A DNA stretch of 63,478 bases, filler included, from Octopus bimaculoides (lineage: Eukaryota): assembly GCF_001194135.2 (NCBI RefSeq). It is 4 parts of 4 records of this genome, joined end to end, with 100 filler letters (N's around TTAATTAATTAA, not from the genome) between each part and the next. Parts side by side here need not be neighbours in the genome. Positions count along the whole stretch, not along the records: positions 26,854 to 57,307 come from NC_069009.1; positions 57,408 to 60,825 come from NC_068983.1; 2 more parts are not named here. One strand, written 5' to 3'. The notes below the pieces were generated by a model. That model was not told the DNA's origin and did not search any database. It was given only the letters and a program-made list of their open reading frames with translations. Positions 50,821-60,925 of this stretch are shown in pieces; within the stretch, counting starts at the first letter, position 1; each line of letters begins with the position of its first letter. The position numbers were made by a program, and so were the translations under genes.

Positions 50821-52796
50821 GCTTGAGTGAGCAGTCACTACTCTAGCTTCAAATCCCAAACAAAATCTAACAGTACACCGTTATCTCAACTTATTAGTAA
50901 ACTAACGCTTGATTCAACCCCTTATTCTCTCAAATGGTCCATAGTCACCCGCGCCAAACCTTATAGCAGATATAGCAAGTGTAATCTCTGCATAGCCAAG
51001 GTCATGCCTATTTTGCAATCCACAGACTCTCAGTGAACGCAGCAGTATAATATTCACCTGCAAACATTGAGCATTAAATCTATTCTCAAAATATAAATAA
51101 TTACAACCCCACCCACTCTTGTCTCCCCCAACTCATATATTTTTTTCCCACTCATCCACCCTCTCTACTGCTTTGTATTAAAACCACAGTATCTTTCTCC
51201 ACTTTTAATTTCTGGATTGTTATTTACAGAATTCTCTCCATATTTTTACTTACTATCTAAAATATTTTTCTTTCCTTTCAACTCCCCCTCCTGCCCCCTA
51301 CATTCATAACCTTACAAATACATGCGCCTACATACACCTCCATAGGTTTGTTTCTTCTACCATTCTCCTGCTAGTCTCTGCCTTTTGGCCATAATAGCCC
51401 TTTGACTACCAACAACCAGTTCGCCAGGCTTAAATTTCTCACCCTACCTTGCTTTATTCATACACACTTTCTTTCTCCCTCAGGACCAAAAATATTTCCT
51501 AACCCTCTCCCCTCCAATTTATCTTTTCTTCAAGTACAAATCCCACCACTAAATTCTGTGATTCAGCCGAGAAACTACTATATTATCTACTACCAGTCAA
51601 CTGACCTCACCCAATTCCTCTTTCCTCATTTTTTTCTTCTTTCCTCATTTTTTTCTTCTTTCTTCCCTTCTTCTAATACTTATTTCTCCTTACATTTATA
51701 TATCTCCTCTCATACTGTGCTCTCCACACATTCTGATTGCATCTTCTTTGATACATGTGACAAAGCAAAATGTAACCTTTAATCTAATCAAGGTATCCTT
51801 GGTCTGAAGAGTAGCCAGCAGTAGGATCTTTGTGATTTGACGGCCAACACTTGTTTTCTTAACGAAACACTTTCAAACTTGGGACACTGGTAGAATGTGT
51901 CATACAAAACAACTTTTTCTCTTAGCCTTCTTAACAAAAAATTGTACATCGCAAGTTATTTCATGTTAAAGTTGTCGTATTTCTGTCANNNNNNNNNNNN
52001 NNNNNNNNNNNNNNNNNNNNNNNNNNNNNNNNNNNNNNNNNNNNNNNNNNNNNNNNNNNNNNNNNNNNNNNNNNNNNNNNNNNNNNNNNNNNNNNNNNNN
52101 NNNNNNNNNNNNNNNNNNNNNNNNNNNNNNNNNNNNNNNNNNNNNNNNNNNNNNNNNNNNNNNNNNNNNNNNNNNNNNNNNNNNNNNNNNNNNNNNNNNN
52201 NNNNNNNNNNNNNNNNNNNNNNNNNNNNNNNNNNNNNNNNNNNNNNNNNNNNNNNNNNNNNNNNNNNNNNNNNNNNNNNNNNNNNNNNNNNNNNNNNNNN
52301 NNNNNNNNNNNNNNNNNNNNNNNNNNNNNNNNNNNNNNNNNNNNNNNNNNNNNNNNNNNNNNNNNNNNNNNNNNNNNNNNNNNNNNNNNNNNNNNNNNNN
52401 NNNNNNNATATTCAAGTATTTTGATGGCTTTTTCCCCTTTGTTTACGAACAGTCTAGTTAATCGGAAATGTCAGAACTAACGGAGATTAATACCATATAC
52501 ACCGTCACAGCACTAACTGTATTCAACTGAATAGACATCAGTGATTAGTTGAAATTATCGAAATAAGACAATTTTTAACGTGAAATAACTTTGAATACAA
52601 AATTTTTTATCTGTTCTATACCACAAAATATACAAGTATACGAAGTTTGAAAGTGTTTTGGTACCAAAAACACTACATAAAAAAATGTTGCCCGTCAAAT
52701 CATAAAGGTCCTAACTTGGATTTTACCACTTCTGAGGTTCCACTTGCTATGAAACATGTAGCCTGGATTTTTCTACTCCATTCCATATCTCTTGCA
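50810..52796 (+). mobile_element. Inverted partial copy of the same PLE (end of GIY-YIG plus pLTR), interrupted by a TIR element
   Basis: TTFKA*VSSHYSSFKSQTKSNSTPLSQL..LKWSIVTRAKPYSRYSKCNLC; the DNA is the reverse complement of 49071-50150. Confidence 0.85.
51824..52711. mobile_element. Non-autonomous TIR DNA transposon (long imperfect TIRs, TA flanks) inserted in the PLE hammerhead
   Basis: TA|GGATCTTTGTGATTTGACGGCCAACA versus TGTTGCCCGTCAAATCATAAAGGTCC|TA, plus further inverted blocks (AACACTTTCAAACTT; GTTATTTCAYGTTAAA); the centre is a gap. Confidence 0.8.
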
Positions 52797-53009
52797 TTCT
52801 TTTTCACACACTCAGCAACCCTGGTCGCCTACGCTAGAATATAAACAAACTTTTTTCTGCTTATCATTCTTCAATAAAGAAATATAATCCACAACTTTCC
52901 ATCTTTATAAACCACTATTGTTCCTGAAGGTTGTTTTTTATATTCACTTTCTTCCTACACCACAATCTCGGATATACATTTATATATATATATAATCATC
53001 AAAAGAAGA

Positions 53010-53135
53010 TTTCAGTCTGTTTTGGCTTGGTTTCTACAGCTGGATGCCTTTCCTAATGCCATTCACTCTACAGAGTGTACTAGATGCTTTTTATGTAGCA
53101 CCAGCACCCACACCAATACTTTTTACATGTCACCT
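53010..53135 (-). mobile_element. RTE 3' UTR fragment
   Basis: TTTCTACAGCTGGATGCCTTTCCTAATGCCA. Confidence 0.65.
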
Positions 53136-53334
53136 TGGTTCTCAATTCTGTTGTGGTGGGTGGGTCTTTTTCAGTACAGCAATATGCTACTTACCTTGGT
53201 CCTGGGAGTATGTATATATATTTAATAAAAATATACATATACTCATATTTTGAGTTCTATTGTTCCTGTTTGCATCAACATACCTACACACACACACACA
53301 CACGCACACACGCACACACACACACACACACGAA

Positions 53335-53898
53335 ACTGTGTGGGCTAAGATCCCCATTGATGGGTCACTGGTATTTATAGTGTGTTAAACACTTTCAGTA
53401 TGCAAATTATTGACTCCTTCAAAAAGTAACTTCTGCATTTTTGACTGCTTGTTTCCCTGGAGACTGTCAGAATGATGTGGACGCCTCTGATGAGAACCCA
53501 ATAAGGTTTGAAAATCAATTAAGGTTGTTGCTCATTTTTTCAGTCTGGTGACAAATGGCTAAAATTTGCCCTGTTTATAATTATACCACATGTTACATAG
53601 CTATATCAAACCTTGATACTGTGTGGACTAAGATACCCGTTGACAGGCCACTGGTATTTATAAAGTGTTAAACAATTTTGGTATGCAAATTAGGGATTCC
53701 TTCAAAGAGTAACTGCTGAACTTGTTGATTATATAAACAGTTTTGCTGCTTGTTTCCCTGGAGACTCAGAATGATGTGGATGCCTCCGATGAGAACTCAA
53801 TAAGGTTCAAAAATCAATTAAGGTTGTTCGTCATTTTTTCAGTCTGCGGAGAAATGGCTAAAATTTGCCCTGTTTATAAATATACCATATGTTACATA
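53335..53898. repeat. Diverged tandem duplication, period about 283 bp
   Basis: ACTGTGTGG.CTAAGA..CTGCTTGTTTCCCTGGAGACT..AAATGGCTAAAATTTGCCCTGTTTATAA occurs at 53335 and 53618. Confidence 0.85.
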
Positions 53899-54143
53899 TA
53901 TATGTGTTTATATATATTTGTTTTTCTCCTTATTCTTTCTCTTGAAGAGCGTAGCTCGAAACGTTAAAGACTTTCTCTATTCCCGAGCGTTAAACTAATA
54001 CATCCTTTTGTTGTTTACACCACCTGTCCTCATCTGTTGTTGTTTTTTTCGTAAATTCTCCCATATATATATGAGTTTGTTAAATAAAAATGAGACAACA
54101 AAGTTGGTGTGAAATTTCTAGGACATTTATAAAGAAAAAGGTA

Positions 54144-54191
54144 TTCTTACAGCTGTTTCAGAGATATGAAGGATATCTCCTCATCAGAGAC
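54144..54191 (-). ncRNA. Minimal type I hammerhead ribozyme motif
   Basis: GTCT-CTGATGA-G GAGATAT ccttc ATATCTC T-GAAA-C agct GT-A-AGAA: intact core, 8-bp stem II with G.U, palindromic helix III ACAGCTGT, GUA site. Confidence 0.75.
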
Positions 54192-54562
54192 GACATGAGA
54201 GAGTTAAATAGAAGGAAATAGTAGAGTTCAATATAAGGAGTTATTTTGGAAAGGGAGAGATACAGGAAGTATAAAAGGAATTATGAGAATAAAAATAAAA
54301 ATATATGTAGGATGTTACAATTGTAGTTCCACTATACAAGAAAAAATAGATATGTATGCTATAAGGAGGAAAATGGTACTAGTCAAAAGGAATAGAGGAG
54401 GAAAGAAGAAAGAAAGAGGAAGAGAAAATGAAAAAGGCATGCTAGATGGTGGTCAAGATATTGTGAGGAGGAAGGAAGAGGAGAGCTATCAGTAGATAAA
54501 AGGAATAGTAGGGGTAGAAGGAAGAGATAATGTAGGGAAGGAATATTTAACTCTCTCATATT

Positions 54563-54610
54563 GTCTCTGATGATGGGATATCCTTCATATCCCTGAAACA
54601 GCTGTAAGAC
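54563..54610 (+). ncRNA. Minimal type I hammerhead ribozyme motif, sense to USP19
   Basis: GTCT-CTGATGA-T GGGATAT ccttc ATATCCC T-GAAA-C agct GT-A-AGAC: intact core, 4-bp stem I, U-U at 10.1/11.1, GUA site. Confidence 0.75.
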
Positions 54611-55821
54611 TACATTTCTCTTTATAAATGTCCTAGAAATTTCACACTGCCTTGGCTTTGTCTCATTCTATTTAACATATACATGCTCACACACAACCCA
54701 CATTAGACTCCTCATTCATACTACTATCAAACTGGGAGTCTAACTATGGTCCTTCCGTAGCATTTACATAGCCTTACCTGCCATTCTGGGTCTTCTGGAN
54801 NNNNNNNNNNNNNNNNNNNNNNNNNNNNNNNNNNNNNNNNNNNNNNNNNNNNNNNNNNNNNNNNNNNNNNNNNNNNNNNNNNNNNNNNNNNNNNNNNNNN
54901 NNNNNNNNNNNNNNNNNNNNNNNNNNNNNNNNNNNNNNNNNNNNNNNNNNNNNNNNNNNNNNNNNNNNNNNNNNNNNNNNNNNNNNNNNNNNNNNNNNNN
55001 NNNNNNNNNNNNNNNNNNNNNNNNNNNNNNNNNNNNNNNNNNNNNNNNNNNNNNNNNNNNNNNNNNNNNNNNNNNNNNNNNNNNNNNNNNNNNNNNNNNN
55101 NNNNNNNNNNNNNNNNNNNNNNNNNNNNNNNNNNNNNNNNNNNNNNNNNNNNNNNNNNNNNNNNNNNNNNNNNNNNNNNNNNNNNNNNNNNNNNNNNNNN
55201 NNNNNNNNNNNNNNNNNNNNNNNNNNNNNNNNNNNNNNNNNNNNNNNNNNNNNNNNNNNNNNNNNNNNNNNNNNNNNNNNNNNNNNNNNNNNNNNNNNNN
55301 NNNNNNNNNNNNNNNNNNNNNNNNNNNNNNNNNNNNNNNNNNNNNNNNNNNNNNNNNTTGGTCTCAGGAGCATTGTGGGTGATGCTTAAAACATCGACAC
55401 CATCACCTCTAGCATTGCCACTTTCACCACCACCTTTGTCATCTCCACCACTATACTTGTCACCACCACCATCATCACTTCCACCACTAACATCATTATC
55501 ACCTTCACTGCTACCACCATTAGATGCTCCAACACTACCTTTGTCATCTCCACCACCACCATCATCAACCCCACTACGTCCACACAGCAATTTAAATAAG
55601 AGTTTTGGCTGTTATTTCCAGCAGGTAGACATACTCAGTATGTCCTTTGATTAATATAAATTTTAATCCTTCAGCTATTTAATATTTTTTGGGGGCCTGC
55701 AATCAGCTATATTATTGATTCTGTTATTATCAATTTAATTGTTACCCTAGATAATAATAGTCAATAATATCTTCACAAATATTTTTCTCCTGAATTATTT
55801 GCTCCACACATATATAGATAT

Positions 55822-56465
55822 GAGGTGGGACGAGGTGGTAAAGCATGACCTTTGAATGTTGGGCCTCACAGAGGCAATGACTAGTGACTGAGACCTTTGG
55901 TGATATGTTGTGCTTGAGAAGATTTGTCAAGCCAAGTGAAATTGTAGTCATGGCCGTTGCTGGTATCACATAACTGGCATCCGTGAAATTGTAATTGGGA
56001 CTGCTGCCAGTAGCAGGATCTTTGAATGATGGGCCTCACTGATGCGAGAAACAAGGCGGTGAAGCATGATCTTTGAATGTTGGGCCTCACGGAGGTGATG
56101 GCAAGTGGCTGGGACCTTTTAGTAGTGACCGTTGCCAGTGTCATGTACATGGCACTCGTAAAACTGTAGTCATGTAAATGCCGGTGGCATGTAAAAAGTA
56201 CACATTACACTCTTGGAGTGGTTGGTGTTAGGAAGGGCATCCAGCTGTAGAAACCATTCCAAATCAGCTTACCAGTTCCAGTCAAACCATCCAACCCATG
56301 CCGGCATGGAATGGAAAGCAGACGTTAAATGATGGTTATAATGATGATATATATATATATTAGATTGGAGCCTGGTGTAGCCATCCGGTTGCACCAGTCC
56401 TCAGCCAAATCGTCCAACCCATGCTAGCATGGAAAGCGGACGTTAAACGATGATGATGATGATGA

Positions 56466-56466
<1 letters not shown>
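55822..56466 (+). mobile_element. RTE 3' end (last codons plus UTR) with internal duplications and two (GAT)n tails
   Basis: WDEVVKHDL*MLGLTEAMTSD.DLW..VLEK; tail motifs at 56220-56345 and 56362-56466. Confidence 0.75.
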
Positions 56467-56508
<42 letters not shown>

Positions 56509-56569
56509 TATAGCATGCATATTTTGGTGTACTACATCTACCAATATTATGATGGATCTCCAATATATA

Positions 56570-56812
56570 TTCTTGTGTGTATGTCTTAGTGTCTTTGTTT
56601 ACCCTCGTAACTTAGCTGTTTGGCAAGAGAGACCAATAGAATAAGTACCAGGCTTAACAAAAAATAAGTCCTACACTCTCAGGAAGGGCATCCAGCTGTA
56701 GAAAACCATGTCAAATCAGACTGGAGTCTGGTGCAGCCTTCCAGCTTACCAACCTGGGTCAAATCATCCAACCCATGCCAGCATGGACAACGGACATTAA
56801 ATGATGATGATG
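56570..56812 (+). mobile_element. SINE A body fragment fused to an RTE tail fragment
   Basis: GTAACTTAGCTGTTTGGCAAGAGAGACCAATAGAATAAGTACCAGG followed by AGGAAGGGCATCCAGCTGTAGAAA. Confidence 0.65.
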
Positions 56813-56943
56813 GTATTGATAAATTTGATTTAAAATTCTTCAAGGCATTGCCCCATTGTCTTAATCACTAAAACAAACAAAAAAACAAATATTTATATAT
56901 TTTTAATAAATAAGTATTGTATTTTTCTAATTAACATTGACAG

Positions 56944-57081
56944 GGAGTGCCAGAGGGCCCACTGGGAGATCCACAAGGAATCCTGCAAGTGTAATCCCAT
57001 TGGATGTCCATTTCTCATCTCGCTACCAAAATCTCGGGCAACATTCTCCAGACTGCGGAAACTGTTGGAGGCATATTCCAG
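56944..57081 (+). CDS. USP19: USP19-like exon E: C-terminal half of MYND zinc finger plus following segment (ECQRAHWEIHKESCKCNPIGCPFLISLPKSRATFSRLRKLLEAYS-R), phase 2-2
   Basis: TGACAG acceptor, GTAAGC donor, 138 nt. Contains the CQxxHWxxHKxxC MYND motif followed by IGxPFLxSxPxSR.T..RL..LLE.Y, as in USP19. Confidence 0.9.
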
Positions 57082-57121
57082 GTAAGCGTTTGTGTGTAGT
57101 TCTGCCCCTATCTGTGTATTT

Positions 57122-57170
<49 letters not shown>

Positions 57171-57307
57171 AAGTGACTCTCTATGTTAGTTTATGTTGAT
57201 ATTCTTGTCATATATATATATGTATATTGTGGCAGATGTTCAGGTGCAATAAAGACTGCAAACAAACAGGAAACAACTTCTATCTCATTCCAGGGTGAAA
57301 AACTAGA

Positions 57308-57407
57308 NNNNNNNNNNNNNNNNNNNNNNNNNNNNNNNNNNNNNNNNNNNNTTAATTAATTAANNNNNNNNNNNNNNNNNNNNNNNNNNNNNNNNNNNNN
57401 NNNNNNN
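57308..57407. other. Artificial scaffold linker N44-TTAATTAATTAA-N44
   Basis: Identical structure to 26754-26853. Confidence 0.9.
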
Positions 57408-57464
57408 TATATATATATGTATATATGTATATTTGCATATATACATACATATATGTACATACTA

Positions 57465-57495
<31 letters not shown>

Positions 57496-57639
57496 CGTGT
57501 GTATGTGCGCGCGCGCGAGTTGTGTCTGTGTGTGCGTGTATGTTTGTGTGTTTGTCTATATTCAATTATAACAAAACAGTTTTACAATAACCTGATAGGC
57601 TTCTCTTTACTTTTGTAAAACACACATTTGTTATGCTCA

Positions 57640-58345
57640 AACAAGAAAGTTTTTGACCCTGGGTTCCAAGTTTCGGCCACCTAACCTATCGCCGGTCTAC
57701 AATACTTTAGCGCCAGTTTTGACTTTATATAATCTCTGTTGAGTTAAAATCTTCTTTGGATGTGTGGGTTTGAGTGGAGTCGTTATTGGGATTTTATGGT
57801 TGGTTGTTATAGAGAATTGTTTGGAGTAATTTTTATTGATAAAATATGTGTCTATGTTAATGTTTAGAATCTATTCATATGTGTAGAACTTTGTAAATAA
57901 ATGTGTAGGTGTTTCTTTTGTCTGATAGTCAAAGTGTGTGACAGTATTATTGTTACTTTTGGTATTATTGGATTTAATCCTTTTGCTTTGACAATATTAA
58001 TGTCAAAGATACAATGTCCAGTATAGAGTAATTGGGTGTGTGAAATGTTTTCCACAAAAATGTAGGTAGGCAGTAAGAGTTAGCTGGTTATTTCTTTAGT
58101 TGTTGTTTTGTAAGTTATTTCGTGTTTTCATTTGTAAGTTTGAGGTTATTAATCAGGCATGTTATGGCTTTGTTAGTATAGAAAACTGTGTCACATGTGC
58201 TTCGATGTTCACGGGTAAAGGTCGTACATCTATATGATTTTCTCTACGTGTTCATTGTTCTATAAACAATTTGATTAGTAAATAGGGACTTTAACCTTCG
58301 CGTTTCATGTAGGTAGAGCTTCTTTGTTGTTTGTTTATAAGTGTG
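57640..58345 (-). mobile_element. Degenerate PLE segment, inverted relative to 58440-60125
   Basis: The reverse complement of 57860-57975 matches 58474-58585 (AGTAACAA..ATACTGTCACAC..TTATTTACAAAGTTCTACA..ATTCTAAAC). Confidence 0.5.
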
Positions 58346-58439
58346 TTCAAATTCTTTGCTAGATATTTGCAATAATGGAACTAATATAGAACGTGTGTAT
58401 ATATCCATTATAATAATTGGAACAAATATAAAATAAAAT

Positions 58440-60125
58440 ATAATACAATTAAAAAAATATGAGCGAAAGTATTAAATCCAATTATATCAACAGTAACAAA
58501 AATACTGTCACACCTTGTGCCTACTTAACAATAGAGAAAGACACAATTATTTACAAAGTTCTACATAAATGAATTAATTCTAAACGGTAATATAACCCCA
58601 AATTTAATTAATGAAATTTTCTCAAAAGTACCTTTCCATAACAACCAAACATATAAACGTAGTTACCACTACACCCAAATCTACAAACACATGGAAGATT
58701 TTCTTTTTCTAGTAAAAAATACTTTCTTGAAAATAGTCTTGGGATATCTAAGCACATGAATGCATAGTCTTAAACCATTTTCTTTTAATAATCACACTGC
58801 TTTAAAAGAAAATACAGGAATAGACATTCTAACTCTGGTCTGAAGACGTAAATGCACTGCCGAACGTAACCAAGAAATCAGATGTTCCCTATATATTTAA
58901 ATTCTACGAGAACTTCTATTTCAGTAAAGGTAAACCAAAAACCACATGAACAAAAGTAAGGAAGTATCATAGAAAATAAGAACAACAAAATAATGCATCC
59001 CATATTTAGTTGCCTAACGAATGTTACAGTTTTGATACCTGAGCACTACTGTTGAGTCAGGTGGTGTTGCAGTGTTAATAATATATATACTGCTGGTTTG
59101 GAACTAATAAACAATAAGCAGGGTTTATCACAATATGTCCATTACATTTACACTTGTTTGTTATACAAATACAAACACCGAATATTCAACGTAAATACTT
59201 ACGCACTTGAATATGTAACATTTATCCCCATTCAAACGTGGATGTCCTGTGAGAACAAACTTTACTGCGGTAGGTACCATGAGAGACACTCCCATATCAA
59301 AGAGGATCCTTATAGGGATGATGCATTGTTAGTTACAACCAGTCTAACAAAATCTGCATTAGAATAAAACTAGTAAGCATAAATTCTTCGATAACGTTGA
59401 CCTCTCTATATCTTTTGAAAGCTCTTACAAAACAGCAAAATTTATGGATGTTACTTTAGATCTAAATTCTTCACTGTACTTCCCATATCATAAACTTAAT
59501 CCATACCTTTAATAGATCAGCACAGAATCTAGCCACTTCATATCTACTTTCGAGGGCATAATCAAATGCATATCCATCAGAATATCCGATCTATCCGCCA
59601 ACGAAGAAATCTTCAATAACTACACCAATTACTAAAACCAAACTCTAGCTGCTAGCGGTTTCTTCCAGAAGATTAGATTTATGCCCAACACTAGACTTAA
59701 AGAAAACCTCTCGAAACTTAGCTATATACAAACGAACACAAATATTGTAAACCCAAACCCTCCTACTACGATCAGAACAACCCACCCACCGAGCATCCGC
59801 ACGCATAGCACTCGGTCTACGAGCAGCAATACTAATAATAGACCTTCCAACGCCCCCCTAGCACTCACTAGACAACTCCTCTAAGTTGTCTTGTAAAAGC
59901 CGCGGGATATCTCTTCTATGATATATAAATCCTTTCGCTTTAAACGTAAAATGCCTCGCTAAAACATGCTTTAAAATAGTAGAATCCAATTTCCCACGTA
60001 GCCATAAGTACCATTCAATCATTACCAGATCTACTTTGAAATTATCCTATTCATCTACACCAAATATAAAATCTATCATAACCTCATCTAATAAACGTAA
60101 ACTTAGCTCTTACTATCTAAATACA
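58440..60125 (+). mobile_element. Degenerate Penelope-like element (5' region, RT core, thumb/linker)
   Basis: YRDDALL, FMDVTLDL..YFPYHK, IRISDLSANEEIFN..LAASGF and NFPRSHKYH..LKLSYSSTPNIKSII..NKRKL. Confidence 0.7.
58836..58872 (+). ncRNA. Degenerate hammerhead motif upstream of the PLE RT relic
   Basis: TGGT-CTGAAGA-cgtaaatgcactgcc-GAA-CGT-A-ACCA: perfect stem I, one A missing from GAAA, weak stem II. Confidence 0.4.
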
Positions 60126-60825
60126 TACAACCCTACGATATATATATATATTAAGTTTTTAAACTTTATTTTTCTGACGCGACTCTGCCTACCTTTGTAT
60201 CTTTCTCCCCCTCTCGTTCTTCCGTCTGTTGTTCTCCACCTCTCTCCTTCTCTACTATATCTCTTTCTTCCTCCCTGTCTTTCTTTGCTCACCCATCTTC
60301 TACTTCATCCCTCTTTTTCTCCCTCTACCACACTTTCTCCTTACACTTCGCTGGACACGTGTTCGGTTCCTTTCTTTCTTTCTTTCTTTCTTTCTTTCAT
60401 ATCGTCGCTTTCACGAAGCTGGCACGAACAATTCTTCGTCTCCCTTCCAGTTCGTTGTTTTACAGCGTTCAGCATACACATATTTTTTCAACGTCTGGCC
60501 GTATAGCCTTCTTGTTTGTTCTCACTGTTTCCTTTTCCTGTCTTGTTTTCTGTCCGCCACTACATTCCTCCACGTTACAAATTTAATTTGTGGTCCGTGG
60601 GAAGAGCCATTTTAACGATGCGTCCTGCCCTAACTCTTCGAAACGCCAGTGTTGAATGGTAGCAGCTGATGAAGGAAATGTTCTCTATGTGGCCTGTGTG
60701 TTTTCTGTACTTGTTTATCAGTTTGTCTACGTTTGGTTTGCAATGTCTTGTACTCAGATATGCATCTATATATACAGGTAGATGTAAGTATGTACATACA
60801 TGTACGTATATATGCATATACTCAT

Positions 60826-60925
60826 NNNNNNNNNNNNNNNNNNNNNNNNNNNNNNNNNNNNNNNNNNNNTTAATTAATTAANNNNNNNNNNNNNNNNNNN
60901 NNNNNNNNNNNNNNNNNNNNNNNNN
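60826..60925. other. Artificial scaffold linker N44-TTAATTAATTAA-N44
   Basis: Identical structure to the other two. Confidence 0.9.

Larger units (their letters stand above)
54079..54676. mobile_element. About 600-bp non-autonomous PLE-type unit with ~132-bp inverted terminal arms (54079-54210, 54544-54676), each containing a hammerhead
   Basis: Arms are reverse complements of each other and flank a purine-rich spacer. Confidence 0.75.

Noticed and set aside
55358-55654. Ser/Pro-rich and Gly/Asp-rich ORFs
   Set aside because: Low-complexity (CAC/CAT) tract next to a gap, with no splice or homology support.
57236-57307. Possible next USP19 exon (GGCAG acceptor; phase-2 reading RCSGAIKTANKQETTSISFQGEKL)
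   Set aside because: Weak pyrimidine tract, no resemblance to the expected YSVxVFQPP, and it is cut off by an artificial linker.
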